Source of the DNA: Utricularia gibba
Taxonomy: Eukaryota; Plantae; Magnoliophyta
NCBI GenBank assembly: GCA_002189035.1
Contig: NEEC01000016.1
Coordinates: 1,488,001-1,552,000, forward strand
Direction: 5' to 3'
Length of the DNA stretch: 64,000 nucleotides
Position 1 is the stretch's first letter. Each line of letters starts with the position of its first letter. Both the position numbers and the translations under genes were made by a program. Of this stretch, positions 27,908 to 41,323 are shown piece by piece. The notes under the pieces are model-generated. The model was not told the origin of the DNA. It did no database searches and saw nothing but the letters and a program-made list of their open reading frames with translations.

Positions 27908-28373
27908 ATGGCTTCTGCCAGATTACTTCTCTTTGTCGGGCTCTTCTTGCTCATCGCTCTCCTCGCTTCCTCTGAGGTTGCTGCTGTAAGAAACTTGTCA
28001 GAAGCCTCCAGCTCCAACACACTCGATGCATGTAATGAAACGAAAAGAGCTTTCTATTTGGTGTATGAACTCATTATCTTACTAATGACTCATATATTGG
28101 TTTCGTTGGCTTTTTTCTTTTTCACTCAGCCAAACCTGGTGACGAGGTCCACAGCCGTGGCGCAGTAGAGGGGTCTGAGCAGCGTCGGTTTGGTTTTCCT
28201 CGCCGCCCAGGAGGCGGTGGAGGAGGTGGTGGTGGTGGGGTGGCGGTGGTGGCGGCGGTGGTGGCGGTGGCGGTGGAGGTGGAGGTGGAGGCGGTGGAGG
28301 TGGAGGCGGTGGAGGTGGAGGTGGTGGCCGTCGCGGCCCTCTTCTTAAATCGGCGGAGGAGTCCAAGAATTGA
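27908..28373 (+). CDS. GRP type B copy 2; one -1 frameshift in a G-run
   Basis: Exon1 27908-28031; exon2 28130-28373 (KPGDEV...EQRRFGFPRRP-Gn-RRGPLLKSAEESKN*). Spliced length 368 nt. Confidence 0.8.
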
Positions 28374-29001
28374 CGAGGCTTCCAAGCCACCTTATGTTTC
28401 TAATCTCTGTCCGAATAAAGACACAACTGTGCATGATTCTGTATTGAACCCATTGCTTCCCTTCCTTGTGCTGTCGGTGTGATGCTGCTGTATCTTCAAT
28501 CCACACTTAATACTCCTTTTCCAAATAATTGGACGAAAATTCACGTATTATTTTCAGATATACATACAAATTCAAATGTACCTTTAGCAAATCATTTTTA
28601 AAAATAAAAATAAAAATGCAAGAAATTTATTTGCCACTTATCTTCAATTATGTCCACTCATACTTAATTCAGTTATTCTCTTTTTCTGATTTTTGTCACT
28701 CACTATTTATAATAGATATGATTTTAATAAATAATTTGTATTTTATGCACGAATATATGTAAATTTCAAGAAATGGGTGGGGAATCATTATTCTAAACGA
28801 TCCATCCAGCCCACGATAATGGGCCCATGAATTATTGATAAAAGATAATATCTCTTTATTTTAAGGAAAAAAAATAATAAAAGAATAATCATAGAAATGG
28901 AAAAACATTATCTTCTCGCGACCGTCTTTGAAATGGCTTGATGACCTTTTATAAATGAGGAAGAAGGGGCCTTTCTGCAAGCCCTAGAGTTTATAGAAGT
29001 A

Positions 29002-29029
29002 ATGGCCTCTTCTTCCAATACCCTTATGG
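29002..29029 (+). pseudogene. 5' fragment (promoter and first codons) of GRP-family gene D
   Basis: TATAAAT 28950, then ATG GCC TCT TCT TCC AAT ACC CTT, cut by a MULE TIR. ACCCTTATGG matches ACCCTTCTAG at 50818-50809 (minus). Confidence 0.7.
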
Positions 29030-29393
29030 GAGAGAATTATATAAATAGTGTTAAATAAGTAATCATATTAGAAAACTACATCATTTTTCCAAACTATTAT
29101 ATAACTAATGTTATTTTTATTTAAAAAATATCAATATTATTATTTTAACCCCAAAAACTTTTCTACAATTAGGTTAATTACCATAACTATCTTCAAATCA
29201 CAAAGAAAAACTACTAATGATTTTTATTGTTTCATGCATAGAACCCTAAATGCAGGATTTTGGGTAGGAAAATGCATTAAGCCAGTATTGATTATTTCCA
29301 GTCAGTTTTGATTGGCTCTTCCATCACGACTAATTGTAGGGAGGAGAGCTACATCCACCCAATCAGACTAATGTAATTACAGTTTCATATTTT
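29030..29393 (+). mobile_element. Displaced terminal inverted repeat (~340 bp) of the MuDR element at 50819-54080
   Basis: Starts GAGAGAATT like 50819 and aligns with it over ~340 bp. Its inner end and flank match 53990-54080 in reverse complement. Confidence 0.85.
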
Positions 29394-30055
29394 GGGGACA
29401 ACCCTCTATCATAATACTCATGTTTCGAAAGAATGATGCATTATATATTCATTTACTCGATAGCACCTAGAATATTTTGGACGTTAATTATGATTTTAAG
29501 AAGCGTTCGAAAAATATTTATGTTTAGTTATTTTATAAAAAATATATATTTCAAATAAATTGTTATATATATATCAATTATATCATTAATAGAGATATGA
29601 TAAAATATTTTAGGATTAAACATAATGTGCTGAAATTATTTAATATAATAATTATAAATAATATTTACGTATTTTTTACTAAATGATTTAATATTAAAAT
29701 ATATGGAATTATTATCAAATATTTATATTACTATTTATTTTATGTTTTTAGATTTAATAACATTATATGTCAAATTTTATTACAATGTTTTTCAATAGTA
29801 TAAAATTTAAATCATATAATATATTATTCATTATTGTTTCTTATCATTTTAATAAAATAATGAATATACATACAGTTATATATATATATATATATAATAT
29901 CGTACATAAAAAAAGTAAAATCAATAGTGTATTTCGTTTTTTTATATTTATTTATAAAATCAATATTAATAAATGTGTATTTTGAAGAGGGTTTTGAGAG
30001 GATTTATATTTTTCAAATTAAATTGGAGAAACATGGTTATTTTTCAAATGGACCC
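29394..30055 (-). mobile_element. Part of an AT-rich TIR element (MITE/MULE-like); the other end lies at 54081-54282
   Basis: 29790-30050 resembles 54085-54280 in direct orientation. Flanks GTCTATTGG (30064-30056, minus) and GTGTATTGG (54283-54291) form a 9-bp TSD once the inversion is undone. Confidence 0.6.
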
Positions 30056-30130
30056 CCAATAGACACTCGCACTGCATGCTTTATTCGTTGAAAGGGAGAA
30101 CAACAATTATAAACGCAGCTTCTTCATTCA

Positions 30131-30507
30131 TCAGTTCCTGGGCTCGCCCGCGGCCGCCGCTACCGGTGGGCGGGGAGGACAACGGCACTGGGGGACTTTG
30201 CAGTTGCACAGATAAATATCAGATCCCTCCACCACGCCCGCCTTCATCCATTCTCCCAGCTCCGCTGAGGTAAATAACAAAACACAGATCAGTAACCAAA
30301 ACAAAGAAGTTTTCCAGTCCGCATTCCAGTTCTGTTTTAAATTATAAGCCGAACAGTCGCAGAAAACATCGTGTGGCCTGGATTTCATGAATCGAGCGAG
30401 TTGGAGGTGGTTCCCTCCGCCGGCTGCCTAGCAGCAGAAACCTCAGAGAAAATGAGGAAAGCCACTACCAGGAAGAAAACAAGCACTCTGGAAGAAGAAG
30501 AAGCCAT
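30131..30507 (-). pseudogene. GRP-family gene C: Gly-free Cys-rich peptide precursor (84 aa if spliced); splice donor reads GA
   Basis: TATAAATA 30562-30555. Exon1 30507-30387 (MASSSSRVLVFFLVVAFLIFSEVSAARQPAE); exon2 30264-30131 (ELGEWMKAGVVEGSDIYLCNCKVPQCRCPPRPPVAAAAGEPRN*). Donor is T|GAAAT where paralogues have T|GTAAT. Confidence 0.78.
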
Positions 30508-30749
30508 GTTTGAGAATGGTTTGAGCTTGCCCTCATTCAGGAATGCTTCTCGTCTATTTATAGAAAGGAAATTGGAGCAATCGCACCCACGTCACAGCTG
30601 TCTTCAAAATTGGTTAGCGTGAAGATAAATTTTAAAAAATAAATATTATTTATCGATTTTATTATTCTAGTTTCTAAACCACGATAATTATTTATTAATT
30701 CAGGATAATTTCATGATATCGCTATCTCCTGGGAATAATCACGTATCCA

Positions 30750-31210
30750 AATTTTTAAAACCTGCATTCGATTTTTTTTTATTAAAAAATATTTTTTTAA
30801 AAAAATTGAGATAAACAAGAGTTCAATTATTCGACTGACTATGTAGCGGGCCCCATCGCTTGGTTGTCGTTCAGCCTCTCAGCCAACCGGAGACTATTCT
30901 AAATTTCCAAAATATGTATTTTTTTCACATGTTTAAAGAGCAAAAAAAAAAAAAAAGAAAGAGAAAAATTGATTGGGTGTCTATTCTAAATTTTATACAA
31001 CTAATTTGAAAAAAAATAAAAAGTACATCTAATAAAAAAGGAATTACATTACTAAACATTTTGAAAAAAAAAAATAAGCATTCTTTTTAAAAAATTATCA
31101 ATAAATGTATAGATATTTCGAAGGTATTTAATAAAATATTATACTTAATAATATATTTGAATTATTTATTTTTTAATAAATGTATGCCATGTAATTAAGA
31201 TTGAAATTTT
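30750..31210 (-). repeat. Intergenic spacer homologous (inverted) to 63540-64000
   Basis: Shared blocks such as GATAAACAAGA..TTCAATTATTCGACT and GAAAAATTGATTGGGTGTCTATTCT. Confidence 0.88.
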
Positions 31211-31869
31211 ATTTGGTGCATCATTTATAATAATATTATATTTGATGTGTATGTTTATAATACATAATCTATAGTAATTACTATAAAATTAATTTTATCT
31301 TTCACGTCTTCATTCACTTTGAAGTGCCTAGTTCAGATTATTTATAATTAATTAAAAAAACACATAAATAATATATTTATTTATTAATATGATAATGTTG
31401 AAATATTTATATGATATCAAAATACTCTCTTAAATAGAAAATGATTCTTTATATTATACCGTATTTTTCTCGTCATCAATCTTTTAATTTGGAATTTTAT
31501 TTTTATTTTTATTTTTTTGAGGAGGTGTTAATTTGGGACGGTTACTTGGATTCGAATGATGCATTCCTAGCTTCAATCATGTTGCGATGAAAGTAGACAC
31601 CTCAGGCTCAGCCATCAACATACATATCCTTTACAAGAAATTTTACATATAAAATAAAGACAAAGGGTGGGTACATTGAACGGCGGCCGTCAATTCTGTT
31701 GAGATTATCAAAAGTATATGAATAAGAATAATTGTATGAATATGAAGAGGACTATTGACAGCAAAAGAACTTGATTTTCACTATTTGATATGTATTTATA
31801 CAATTGTTTACTTTTGACCTAACTACTGTAATTACAACAATACCCTTACTATAATCCAACACCACCCCT

Positions 31870-32431
31870 CAAATAAAGCACCTTGTGAGTGCCAAGTTTG
31901 GATTTCAAAGACTCAAACTGAGGCTGCCTGAGAGCTTTTGGAAAGAAGTCCGCCAACTGATTTTCTGAGCAAACATAACTCAACTTAATTTCACCATCTT
32001 GGATTCTTTTTCTGATGAAGTGATGATCAATTTCAATATGTTTCGTTCGATCATGGAAGATTGGATTTAATGCAATAGCTATTGCACTTTTGTTGTCACA
32101 GAAAATTTGTTACTTGCCACGATAACCTAAAAGAAAGTGAAGAATTTTTCTGATCCAAACAACTTCTGCAACATTGGTGGCTAAGACTCTGTACTCCGCT
32201 TTTGTGCTTGACCTAGCAATTGTTCTTTGCTTGTGACTCTTCCAACCAATTAAATTGCTGCCAAAATATACACAATATCCTGTTACTGATCTCTGAGTGC
32301 CAAAATCTGCAGCCCAATCAGAGGGACACAAGGACACAACTGAATCTAAAGAGAGCTTCGTTGGATCATCTCTATGTAGAGTTAATCCCTCTGTAAGGCT
32401 GCCCTTGACAAATCTCAGAATTCTTTTCAAC
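31870..32431 (-). pseudogene. pol: Copia RNase H region
   Basis: SDWAAD..RSVTGYCVYFGSNLIGWKS.KQ.TIARSSTKAEYR and [13 protein letters not shown]. Confidence 0.9.
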
Positions 32432-32436
32432 ATAGC

Positions 32437-35400
32437 TGATGGGGTGTAAATTGGGTGAAGGTAATCGGTCTCTGAAAAGGCTACCCAAAGAAGCTTTGGG
32501 GAGACAGTGCATGTCGACAGACTAATGTGTGTCAGAAACCTGCAGCGGCGGCCATATGGCACAGTCTGAAAAGTGGCTGAATTACGACAGAACAGGCGTA
32601 CGATATCTAGAAAGCAAGGTCGTATAGCAAGCATAAAAGTAGTCGACACCTGCAGGGGCAGAGAATCGGCTAGGCTGGCTTCCCCTATAAATAAAAGGAG
32701 CCATAACAGGGGGAAGAGAGAGATCTGAAGGCTCCTAACCTGTATCTTCCCTCATCATCTCTATCTAGTTAACATTTTCTCCGGCGAGCCCTGACAGCTC
32801 CGTGGTTTTATTGCCTCATGGTGGTTTCCAAGTAAAAAATCCCTGCCCACTCCCACTCCATCCAATTCCTTTGGGGAAACCCGACAAAAAAGGAAAATGA
32901 CACCATTTGCAACACGAAAACCGGCCTAGTCCGGCGCACCGATTTTTACCCATAACATTTTTTGCGCCCACCGTGGGGCTGATCTATGGCCCACTTGAGA
33001 AATCCACAGAGGTCGCTCACCGAATGTCAACCATGGTAGAAAATGAAACGGCAGTGAATCCTAACCACGAAGGGAGCATCGGCATGCAAAACCCCAGTCT
33101 TATGGCCAACAGGGAATAGTTACAGGCCCCCTTTCCTGGGTGACGGAAATTGTCCCTGACTTTAGGGCATCTTTGGGTCTGAGCTTCAAAGCATAGAAGG
33201 GGACACCCCAAAATAAGACGACAAGCGGAGAAACAACCCCTGATCCCAGAATATTCCCTAGTCACAAAAACCAAATCATCTGGGAGCCAAGAGTGGACAG
33301 GGAGAGTGGATGCCCTCACGAATAAACATCACACAAAGAACAAAAACCAAACTTGAAGATTTCGGAGGGTCGTGGATAGTCCAGTTGGATCGGGGAGGAA
33401 CACTACAACAGGGAGGATAATGCTATCTTACGAAAAACGGGAGTTGGAGTTACCGGAAGAAAAACGCCAGAATATTCAAGGTTGACTAGGGGCTCATCCG
33501 GAAAGAACAAAAAAGAGTTACGACAAGTCAGTATCCCCAAGGGAATCCCCGGAAAGAGATTTGATGCTTCGGAACATTCAACCAAAAAGGCGTATAGGTA
33601 AACTAGATGGCAATAGGAAAGGCCCTTAACGGATTTTGAGCGTAATCGAAAAAGGGACTTATCGTCTAGAACGTTTAGATGACGTGGATTTCTCAAGATC
33701 ATGGAATGCATCCCATATGAGGGGATTCAATGCTCAACCAGTCCAATATCAATCCTTACCACGGGTTCTTGCTAAATTCGGTACCCTCTTCACCAAAGTG
33801 CGCAAGCAGCAACCAATTCCTCCCATAATGGAGACGAGCTAAAAACCACAAGCCCTAGTCAAGTCACATAAGCCCAGGCAAACCTCACCAATCAATGCCC
33901 CTTCCGCCCTTATTGGGCACAACATATCAAATTGGGGAATCCATGTCATTCAAGGGGGAATGTCACCGAATAGGCTGACGCATATACCTGCAACCTTCTA
34001 AACTCAGTCTCCAGTGATAAGGATAAGCTCTGGTACCACTCGGGCGCCGGTTTCTGAAAACCATCTGTGTAAACCCCGAAAAAGCCCTTAAGTTCATACC
34101 TTACTGCCGGACCTCGAGTCGGCAAGAGCACTCAAAGCAAATCCATCCATGTTCAACACAATGGGGTTTCGGCCAGAAGAGGGCCCAATTGGATTGGGGA
34201 AGTCACTATCCCGCCGGGGATTTAGGTGCACTTCCCTAGCAGCAATTCGGCTCGTGTAGGGGAACACTAAGGCAGAACAAAAGCCCAACCAAAGGCTTGG
34301 CGAAAAGACATCCATTTCTTGGGTCGCGAAAGCCTTGGTGAACACCCCGATCTAAGCCTCGTTATGAGCACTGCAAACCGACTCGGAGCTATCTCTTAAA
34401 CATGTGATCTCCCAAGCATAGGTTCCAATAATAAGGGTAAGCCCTAATATAACTCGGAAACCGGTTTCTTCGAACCACTCACACTAGCCTCAGAAAACCC
34501 CGAAAAAGCTCCATACAAGACCTGTGTTCCCAAACCCAGATGTAGTAATCATACTCAAAACAAAGATGCAAATATTCCGAAAGCATGAGACTTTCCCCGA
34601 AAGGGCCCCCTTTTTTAAGAAGACAACTCAAGCCATGGAAGGTTCCGAGTTATGTCCTTAACGACAATCATACAATTATAAGGGAGTGTGCAAGTGAAAA
34701 GCCTAGACCGAGAGTTGACGAATCATTCAACTTGTAAATATCAATGAAGGAAACCGGAGCAAAGTAGATCAGACAGGAAAATCCCAAACCGGGATCTCAA
34801 GTGTTCAAAGTGTTCAAAAACCCCGGAACCGGGGACAAAAACATTAGTTCAGAAAAAGAAGCTAGACTTCAGGTAGAGGAGAAGAAGCATTGTCGGGACC
34901 GACCGAGGGGCCAACATGCCCCGAAGCCTCGCTTGCAGCTTGGCCTCGTTCTCCCGTCCGATTCAGTCGTTCCCGCTCTACTTTGGATCCGAATTCAGGA
35001 GCAGGGTACACCTCAGTGATAACATCCAGTATGTTCTTGTCTCTCCTCAAGGGGGTTGATCCTGTCAAAACACGGGTCTGTGATTGCTAACCTGAATTCT
35101 CGGCTGATTTAATGCCTTTTCCGGTAGAGGAGCAAACCGATCAAATCCCCCGCGTAGATATCGGATAAACTCCGAAAAGCATGCCGAGTTGACGAAGTCA
35201 TCTAGAAGGTTTTGCCGAGACGTCTCCCGACTTAGTAAGTCGGCCTCCAGAGCTGCGATGCGATCTCTGGCGTCGTCTAATTTGGCCTCCGTCTCTTCAA
35301 GCCTAACCTTGAAGCCTTCCCTCTCCGATTGGGTGTCGTCAACTGCTTTCCCCATCTCCTCAATTATGCTCCGTAACTCTTCCCCATGACGGTCACGCTT

Positions 35401-37923
35401 TCCTAAGATGCTCCGCAGGGAACTCCCTTCCTCAGCCATCAGCTTCATCTTGGCCTCTTGAGCCTCCACGTGCTTTTGAAGTCGAACGACCTCCGCAGGT
35501 TGAGAGTCAATTTTCTTGGCCAGCCCCCATCCAAAAGTTAAGGCCTGACAAAAATCGATTAAGTTGGAAAGCTATTACGAGTGACACTGAGAGGGCAAAA
35601 AGATCAATACCTGCCAAATCCCCTTAAATCCCCTTAAGTATTACTTTTGGCTGAACGTTCGGAAGACTTGGCACGGCTTCATCCAGCATCCTCCTTAATT
35701 TGGTAGGAACCGAAGATGGAGGAAGAGTTGGGTCGTCTTCCACTTCTATCGGGGCGGGGCTCCCTTGTGCCTCATTCAGGGGAACTGATGTGGAAGTGCT
35801 TGCCAACAAGAGCCCAGTGCGGCAAACCGAGGCCTCGTTACGAACGGGGGAAGGCAGGATTTTTTCTTTTCCCTTGCCAGCTAGCAGATGGGGAGTCGGA
35901 TCACAAGCCTTGGAGACTTCTGTTATTTGATCCTCCCCAATGAAGGAATCATCGACATGCGGTTGAACTTCAAGTGAACTAACCTGGAATAAACAGATTG
36001 AAAGAGCTCAAAATCGGAAGCCAATACCAATCTATAAGTACCCAGTAAACCTGTACAGGTGTAGTCGCTTCTAAGGCAACCTCTACATTTCGACAGAAAA
36101 GCGAGCCATCATCGAATTCTCTAAGGCACTTCTTCGGGCCATCTCTTCGACTGCAAGCAAAAATCGGGAAAGCAGTGAGACACTGAGCCGGACGTGAAAG
36201 CTGGAAAAATAGCACCTAACTACCTTAACCCTTTTCTTTTTCTTGGAGGCTACGGTTTGGGTAGTTTGGGTATTCGGGGACGAAACCGGGATGAGTTGAG
36301 GACTCGGAGAAGGGCCAAAAGGAGGAGTTGGTAGACCAGTGCTCTCGGAGAGCACGATGTCTGGCCAGTGAGGGTCATGGGAATGACTGATAATGCCGGA
36401 ACTCTTCAGCGATTCCCCCGAAAACATGAGGGCCCGAGTTTCGAATCGGAAGGAGCCTCGACTCACCCTCTTGTACAAAGCCTCTCTAGATTCAGATGAA
36501 GACCGATACACATCAGAGAGTTTCACTCTGAATGGACTAGGGGGATTAATCGGAAAGTTCCACCGAAAATCTAGGGGAAGCACCACTGAGACAAAAGAGG
36601 ACCACCAATCATGGTGGGTATTGGGTGCTTTCACAATGAAGTGAGGGTTGTCTTCGAATCGGCGGAACTAGAAGTGCGAATGACCATCCATGAGGGATTT
36701 CGCTTTTCGTACAGCAATTTTGAAGAGGTAGAGGAAATCCTCTAAAGTCATAGCTAGATCCATACCAGCCGAATAGACCAAGAACATAGCGAAACAAAAG
36801 ATGGAATTAGGGGCGAGGCAACTGTATAGGAATTGGACGATCAAGGGATGAAGAGGAAACTGTAAACCGCTTTCGAAATAAGCTATAGGAATTGGTAGGC
36901 TGAAGGGGGGATGTGGGCTCTCACCTAACCTCCAAGGGATTTTGGTATCCCAGGCATGGGTGACGATATACTCATCGGGAATTGAGTATCGGATACGGAG
37001 AGAGGGGATATCGATCTCGCTAGACCTTCTATCCATCTTTGGAGAGGCGCTGGACGAGATTAACCTGAGGATGGAATAAAAATGATACGAAAAAGAAGAA
37101 CTCCGGCAAGACCCGAAGGAAGCGAGTGGGAGGCAGGAGCGCGGAGAAAGTACTTGAGAGCGTTTGTTTCCTAGTAGGTTTCACAACGGCGACGATGGAA
37201 GACGAGCATGGTGGGATGCAGACGGCGCTAAGGATTTGCGAATAAAGAAAGGAAGCAAAGGAGAGGAGTGATAAGAGGGGTGTGTGTTTATATAGAAAGT
37301 ACTCGGGAGGCAAAACGACGCGACATTTGAGATGTCCAAAATGAGCGGGAAAGACGTGGTGCAATCAGGGAGGCGACATGTGGCCAGGAATTCAGTCTAA
37401 ATCGGCACGGGACCTACTCAGGAAGGAGTGGCGTATTCGAAGTCGGCGCGGTAGTGATTCTGATCCGTCGAATTGCCTTAGATCAGCCAATATCGGCAGA
37501 TCAAAGGGGCTGAATGATGGGGTGTAAATCGGGCGAAGATAATCGGTCCTTGAAAAGGCTTCCCAAGGAAGCTTTGGGGAGATAGTGTCTGCCGACAGAC
37601 CGGTATGTGTCAGAAACTTGCAACGGCGGCCGTATGCGCAATCTGAAAAGCGGCCGAATTACGGTAGAATAGGCATACGATATCTGGAAAGCAAGGTCGT
37701 ATAGCAAGCATAAAAGTAGCCAACACCCGCAGGGGTAGAGAATCGGCTAGGCTGGCTTCCCCTTTAAATAAAAGGAGCCATAACAAGGGAAGAGAGAGAT
37801 CTGAAGGTACCTAACCTGTATCTTCCCTCATCATCTCCATCTAGTAAACATTTTCTCCGAAAACGACACCATTTGCAACACGAAAACCGGCCTAGTTCGG
37901 CACACCAATTTTTACCCATAACA
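32437..37923 (+). mobile_element. Non-autonomous Tat element (Tat-3) nested in copia pol
   Basis: LTRs 32437-32957 and 37515-37923; Lys PBS 32962-32979; PPT AAAGGGGCTGAA; exact TSD ATAGC. Only gag-start and integrase C-terminal remnants remain, plus the antisense gene at ~37036-34860. Confidence 0.93.
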
Positions 37924-37928
37924 ATAGC

Positions 37929-40900
37929 AAAGTGATGCCATGTTGATTGGTGCATATGTTGATAGATTTGATTGACACTATATGTAATGTCAGGTTTGGT
38001 CAAAGTTAAATACTGTAAGCCGTCAGCTAATGCACAATAAAGTTCAGGATTACTCATAGGATCATGTTTCTCATGAGGTAGTGGAGAGCAAGGAGTAGAC
38101 GCAAGAGTAGGTGTTGCTTTGCACTCCAACATCTCAGCCCTTTTGAGCAGGGTAGTGGCATATTTAGTCTAGTTAATGGAGAGAGTATTCTTATCCCGCT
38201 GACTTTCCAATCCCAGAAAATAATTTGGTGAGCCAAGATCAATCATTCAGAATCTCCCTTCCAGTATCTCTTTTAGTTTTGTAATCAGAGAAGATGAATT
38301 TCCAGTGATGATAATATCATCCACATACAAAAGAAGAATAATGATGCCAATATTTTTCTTATAGAGAAATAGTGAATGATCAGCACTAGCCTGTATAAAT
38401 GCAAGATTCGAAACAGCTGACTGAAATTTAAGAAACCAAGTCCGAGGAGCTTGTTTCAAGCCATAAATCGAGCATTTCAACTTGCAAACAAAACGTTGAT
38501 GATCACCTTCAATAAAGCCCTCAAGTTGCTTCATGTATACTTCCTCAGCTAATTCTTCGTTAAAGAAAGCATTCTTTACATCAAGCTGGTGTAAAGGCCA
38601 ATTGTGGTTAAGTGCATCTGAAAGATTATCCTAACTGTAATAATTTTCACCACTAGACTGAAGGTTTCATCGTAATCAATGTCATGTTGTTGAGTAAATC
38701 CGCAAGCAACTAATCATGCTTTGTACCAATCAATGGAACAATCAACTTTGTATTTCACCAGAAAAATCCATTTACTACCGATCACATTATGCCACCTAGG
38801 TCATGGAACTATGTCTCAAGCTCGATTCAAATACATCGCACTCAACTCCTCATTCATGTTGTTTGATTGAATGTTCTGATTTCTGATCACCAGGCTCGAG
38901 AGACCTCTATAGGGATCGGTTCCGAGGAGTTCCGGGCTAAAGTCAGTCTTGAAGTCAGATCAAAAGTAGAATCTGATATGGAATTCGAAAAACGAAGAAA
39001 GGAGGCTTCAACAACCCAATGGGAATCAACAGACGCTTCATGGTAAGACTTGGGCTCAATAACTGCGAGGTCTGCATCATTAAGAAAAACATAGTCAACT
39101 AGATAAGACGGCTGCCTATGAAGCCGATTGGAACGTCTTAAGGGAATTATCGTAGGTGAAGAATGCTCGAATGTAGCCTGCAATTCAGCATCAGGAAAGT
39201 CTGGATCAACAAACTCACTATCAGATTGTGGCAATGAAACATCGCTGTTGGAATAGAGGAAACAACAGCTGAAGTTGGCACTAGTGACTCAGCAACCTGA
39301 TTTGAAGATTCAGAATCAAAACTCGAAGATATCCAAGAGTAGACAGCAAGATAAGGGAACGAGCTCTCATCAAAAGTAATGTCCCGTGATATCAATAACT
39401 TGCGATTGGTAATGTCAAAGTGACAAAAACCCTTTTTGTGGTGATCATAACCAACAAAAAATGCAGATGTGGTCCTTTGGAGCAAACTTATGGCGATGCT
39501 TGCTGGAAATATGCACATAACAACGACAACCCGGAATTCACAGAGAAGAATAATTTGGTAATCTGCCATGAAGCAACTGATGCAGCAAACAGTTCTGAAA
39601 TGTGGCTGAAGGGAGCAAATTGATGACATGAACTGCAGTGTGAAAGAACTCTATCCATAGATATGATGGAATGCCAGCTTTAAACATAAAGTTTAATGCA
39701 ACTTCATTAATGTGAAGGTGCTTTCACTTTGCAACTCCATTTTGTGCAGATCTATCAATGCAAGGAGATTGCTGCAAAATACCATTATCTCTAAGAAATG
39801 TTTTAAATTCAGTGGAATTATATTCACCACCACCATCACTGCATAGGATACTAATGGGAAGTTGAAAATAATTTTCAACTTCAATTTTAAATTATCAAAA
39901 AATGGAAAAAAACCTCAGATTTATGCTTCATAAAAAAAATCCAAGTGAAGCGAGAAAAGTCATCCACAAATAAGATTTAAAAACGTGAACCAGAATTAGT
40001 TGGAGGAGGCGATGCTTGTGGTGAGAGAATGAGAAAGAGGGCCCCGAGTGTGCTTTCCAAGCTGACAAGGAGAACATTGAGTACTACTAAAGTTGAGATG
40101 AGAACTTCCCAAGGATATACAATTTTGTCGATGCAAGAGATTTAAGGAATGAGAATTGCAATGACCCAAACAATCATGCGAAATAAATGTACTCTGAGTA
40201 TTATTAGAATAAGAAATTGTCAAAGCAACATTGTTTGAATAAAGACACGTTAAGGAACAACTAGAAGAAAATAAAGCAAGAACTGGACCCAGATCATGAC
40301 TCGTATCCCGACGAGTTCCTCTAGTGAATAGATTCTTGGACACTAGATCCTTTAAAAAAACAGCAGAAGGTGTAAGGGTGCACTCAGCATTAAAATGAGA
40401 AAGTAACTGGGAAATAGAGAGCAAATTAAACTAAAAACTAGGGACCGAGGACACATTAGGAATAACAAGGGAGCTGTAGGAAGTATCCAATTTGACTGAT
40501 CCAAGATGTGTAATGAGGTGACGAGATTTATCACCAGTGAAAATAAAACCATTTCCAAGATAAGGCATTAAACAACAAAATTTACCAGCATCAGAGGCGA
40601 CGTTAACAGAAACACCACTGTCTAAAATCCGCCCACTCTAAGTAGAAGAAGGTGCACCCAAACTCATCTATTGCATAAAAGCAACAATGTCAGCCACATT
40701 GTCACGAGTATGTGGAGTTGGCTGCTGCTGACTCAAGGAATAACCCCAGCCATGGTAAAATCGGTTGGACACGAGTTTGGTTGTTGAGACACATATGATG
40801 ATGGATAATTATTCTGAGGAGAATTAAAATGATCAGCAAAATGAAAATTATTAGAGGGGTATCCTTCAAATGATTTGTAACGATCATAACATCTATCTAC

Positions 40901-41322
40901 AGTGTGTCCAATCCGAGAGCAAATTTGACAAGTAACGGATAGACCACCTCAACCAAGGAATCGACCACCACCTCGTTGACGGAACAGAGTCCCCCATGGC
41001 CAAAATTTGGACCAGAATAATGCTGCAACTGTTGTGAAGAATTCGGATGCTGCCCATATTGATGTGAAATATAAGAATAACAATTTCCTTGTTGATAATT
41101 ATGTTGCTCTCCACTGCGATTGCCTCGACCACCTTGCTGACCATAAGCTTGAGTTGCCAACACAAAGTTTTCAGGTGAAACAACTGTCTCAAGAGTTGCA
41201 TGAACTCTGGCTTTTAGTTTTTGCTCACATTGTAGAAAAATAGCCAACACACTTTCAAACGATGGAAGTGGTTGGTGCACATGAATTGCACTTATAGTAT
41301 CCTGATAGCAATCGAGCAGCAC
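37929..41322 (-). pseudogene. pol: Copia gag C-part, protease, integrase and RT, decayed
   Basis: PLPSFESV; WILDSG; HDCLGH; FFVGYDHHKKGF; EPKSYHEA; SIYGLKQAPRTW; LLLYVDDIIITG. Confidence 0.9.
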
Positions 41323-41323
41323 A

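Noticed and set aside
30131-30264. Calling C/D true Bowman-Birk inhibitor genes
   Set aside because: Only 4 residues lie between the loop cysteines instead of 7, and the precursor is GRP-type. Kept as an analogy only.
38862-39004. ~140-bp foreign insert in copia RT
   Set aside because: No termini, TSD or identifiable source, so it cannot be interpreted from the sequence alone.
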